A model generated the notes under the pieces. That model worked only from the letters and a program-made list of their open reading frames with translations. It was not told where the DNA came from and ran no database searches. From Malacoraja senta (taxonomy: Eukaryota), in assembly GCA_038087875.1 (NCBI GenBank), contig CM075999.1, positions 310,001 through 374,000 on the forward strand: a stretch of 64,000 nt of DNA. The letters run 5' to 3'. Positions 63,386 to 64,000 of this stretch are shown here, piece by piece. The position numbers and the translations under genes were made by a program. The stretch's first letter is position 1. Each line of letters starts with the position of its first letter.

Positions 63386-64000
63386 AGCACACCAGTTCCA
63401 GAAACAAGGTCCATTGTCCAAATGGGGCAGAGGTGAATCAGGCAGTACCCTCATTAATGGAAGGACCATGCAGAAGCCTGATAACAGAGGGAAAGAAGCT
63501 GTCCCTGCTTCTGGTGGTGTGCACTTTCAAGCTTCAGTACCTTCTGCCTTATGAGAGCAGATAGAAGAAAGAATGGCCATTGTGGGACAAGTCTCTGTGG
63601 GGCAAGGCTGCGTAATGTTCATGCAAAGTACAAAGAGTTCATCGCCTATTCCTTTGCTCCATAGATGCTGCCTCGCCCGCTGAGTTTCTCCAGCATTTTT
63701 GTCTACTTTCATCCATGGACTATCAGTGAAGTAAGTTGATTGAATAGAATGTTTAAGCAATTAATAACATTCCAAACATTTGTGTTAAAACAAAGTTGCA
63801 AAACCAATCAACATTTCCTGGGTTGGGCGAGGGAGGCATATAGTTGTGCAATCTGCTGTCTTCACATTCGATGTACAGGACAGTGTTTCCATGTGTTATC
63901 CAAGAAGGAATCAGGGAATGCATTGTGCATCTCCATCCACATTGGAGACACAAGGAACTGCAGATGCCACTACAACAGCTGTGAGTAGAAAGCACAGAGA

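Overview
Vertebrate genomic DNA dominated by transposable elements. The repeat mix (CR1, Rex1/Babar, L1/Tx1 and HERO LINEs, Penelope GIY-YIG elements, V-type tRNA SINEs) suggests a cartilaginous fish such as a skate; this is inference. I could not support any intact host protein-coding exon. The main unexplained structure is an ~11.5 kb block (9780-21338) that reads on the minus strand as a head-to-tail concatemer of six non-autonomous Helitron units, with a 5' TC, a 3' hairpin plus CTAG, and an A|T target. Each unit carries a captured Penelope-terminus palindrome with a degenerate hammerhead core and polypurine tracts. The block sits inside a GC-rich LINE-tailed element, which itself sits inside a CR1. 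About 3.2 kb of the array is repeated across a 200-N gap and may be an assembly overlap. Many Penelope termini carry a minimal hammerhead-ribozyme motif, several as tiny insertions with 12-15 bp target duplications. A GC-rich non-autonomous family has copies ending in different LINE tails, and a Gypsy remnant has pol-U5-PBS-gag order. There is a complete non-autonomous Harbinger with TIRs and TSD, and a candidate minus-strand promoter/first exon with a CpG-rich region near 36.3-37.15 kb. Boundaries were read by eye; those of decayed repeats are approximate.
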